DNA from: Tubiluchus corallicola
Lineage: Eukaryota; Animalia; Priapulida
NCBI GenBank assembly: GCA_030141605.1
Contig: JAQGDQ010000624.1
Location: 1 to 64,000 of the forward strand
Direction of reading: 5' to 3'
Length of the DNA: 64,000 nucleotides
A program made the translations under genes and the position numbers. The notes under the pieces are model-generated. The model searched no databases, was not told where the DNA came from, and saw only the letters and a program-made list of their open reading frames with translations. Of the stretch, positions 62,916-64,000 are shown one piece after another; the stretch's first letter is position 1; each line of letters opens with the position of its first letter.

Positions 62916-63207
62916 GCTGCCCCTGCTGCCATCAGTGTTACTGTCGCTAGTTTAACTTTGTTCAAATTCTTTAAGCTAGCCGTTGTCAGGTTAATCGCTG
63001 TCTTGTCTTACTCAAATTACTCACGTACTTTTACTCAAATTAAAAATTTAAATACTTAATCGCTGCCCCTGCTGCCATCAGTGTTACTGTCACTGGTTTA
63101 ACTTTGTTCAAATTTTTTAAGCTAGTCGTTGTCAGGTTAATCGCTGTCTTGTCTTACTCAAATTACTCAAGTTCTTTTACTCAAATTAAAAACTTAAATA
63201 CTTAATG
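62916..63207. repeat. 146-bp tandem duplication
   Basis: gctgcccctgctgccatcagtgttactgtc at 62916 and 63062; near-identical. Confidence 0.92.
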
Positions 63208-64000
63208 GCAGCCATCGATTAGTTAAACGCTCAATTTTGAAAAACGACCAATTTAGAAAATAGTCAAATTTTTATATGGTATATGAATGTCAGCATTTTA
63301 AATTTAGTAGCTAAACTAGCAATATAACGTTCTCTATACACAACGCACGTGAATAGACTTTAGCCTGAATAACTACTTCTGTGCAGCTGCGTGTTAAATA
63401 TAGACGAACATCTTTGAATGTCACTAATTATCTAAAGTGTGACGCACAAAGAAACAAGAAAATATTTAAATTTTTTACTGCGTTTTTACTTATACTTCTT
63501 AAACATTAACGCTGGTAAACGGATCATCTAGAAGCATTACAAAAGAAATTACAAAACTCTTACAGAGATATCTTTATTCTTCTGGGAAGATGCGAGCATA
63601 AGTGAAAAATTTGTAAATTTTAATATTCCCAACTATGATGAAATTACACGAAATATAACAGGATCCTTTATATATGGACTGGCAGAACTACCTAACGATA
63701 TAATTGATAAATTGTATGTTTACTCTGCATAACAAATACAGTTATATGGACGAATTGGTAAAAATTATGTTTTCCACTATGAAATTAATATGTTTTACTA
63801 TTTTAAACGTGACTTTTATTAGGTTTTATGCCTTTGTGTATTGCATTTTTTTAATGATCTGTCTTGTGTATGTATGTTTTGTGTCTGGGTTCGTATGTAT
63901 GCATGCACGTAAATATTTTATTTGTTTTTATTGTGATTTTATAGTATAGCTGAATGTTTTTTAAATTTTTATACAATGCTACGTACTTTTAAATGTATGA

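Overview
This is AT-rich, intron-rich animal (invertebrate-like) genomic DNA, and most ORFs in the supplied track are repeat or chance artefacts. Main content: (1) A multi-exon ANKFN1/wide-awake-like gene (ankyrin repeats + FN3) that I rebuilt from GT-AG, phase-compatible exons on the minus strand from about 41.4 kb down to 2897, with a candidate alternative first exon at 13460-13620. (2) The gene switches strand. An approximately 620-bp block holding one FN3 exon is present twice in inverted orientation (1-626 and 2666-3281), and the next two coding exons (1327-1416, 2409-2528) exist only on the plus strand. This is either an inversion/inverted duplication or a haplotype mis-join. (3) An intronless CHST1/3-type carbohydrate 6-O-sulfotransferase on the plus strand (45957-47273). 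(4) Many TTAA-flanked Kolobok/T2-like and piggyBac-like MITEs, hAT MITEs, LINE relics and mini/microsatellites. One 60-bp minisatellite is built from the adjacent exon's 5' splice site and gives about 30 donor-like motifs in one 802-nt intron. No prokaryote-type system (CRISPR, operon) is supported. Family names come from motif recognition, not database searches.
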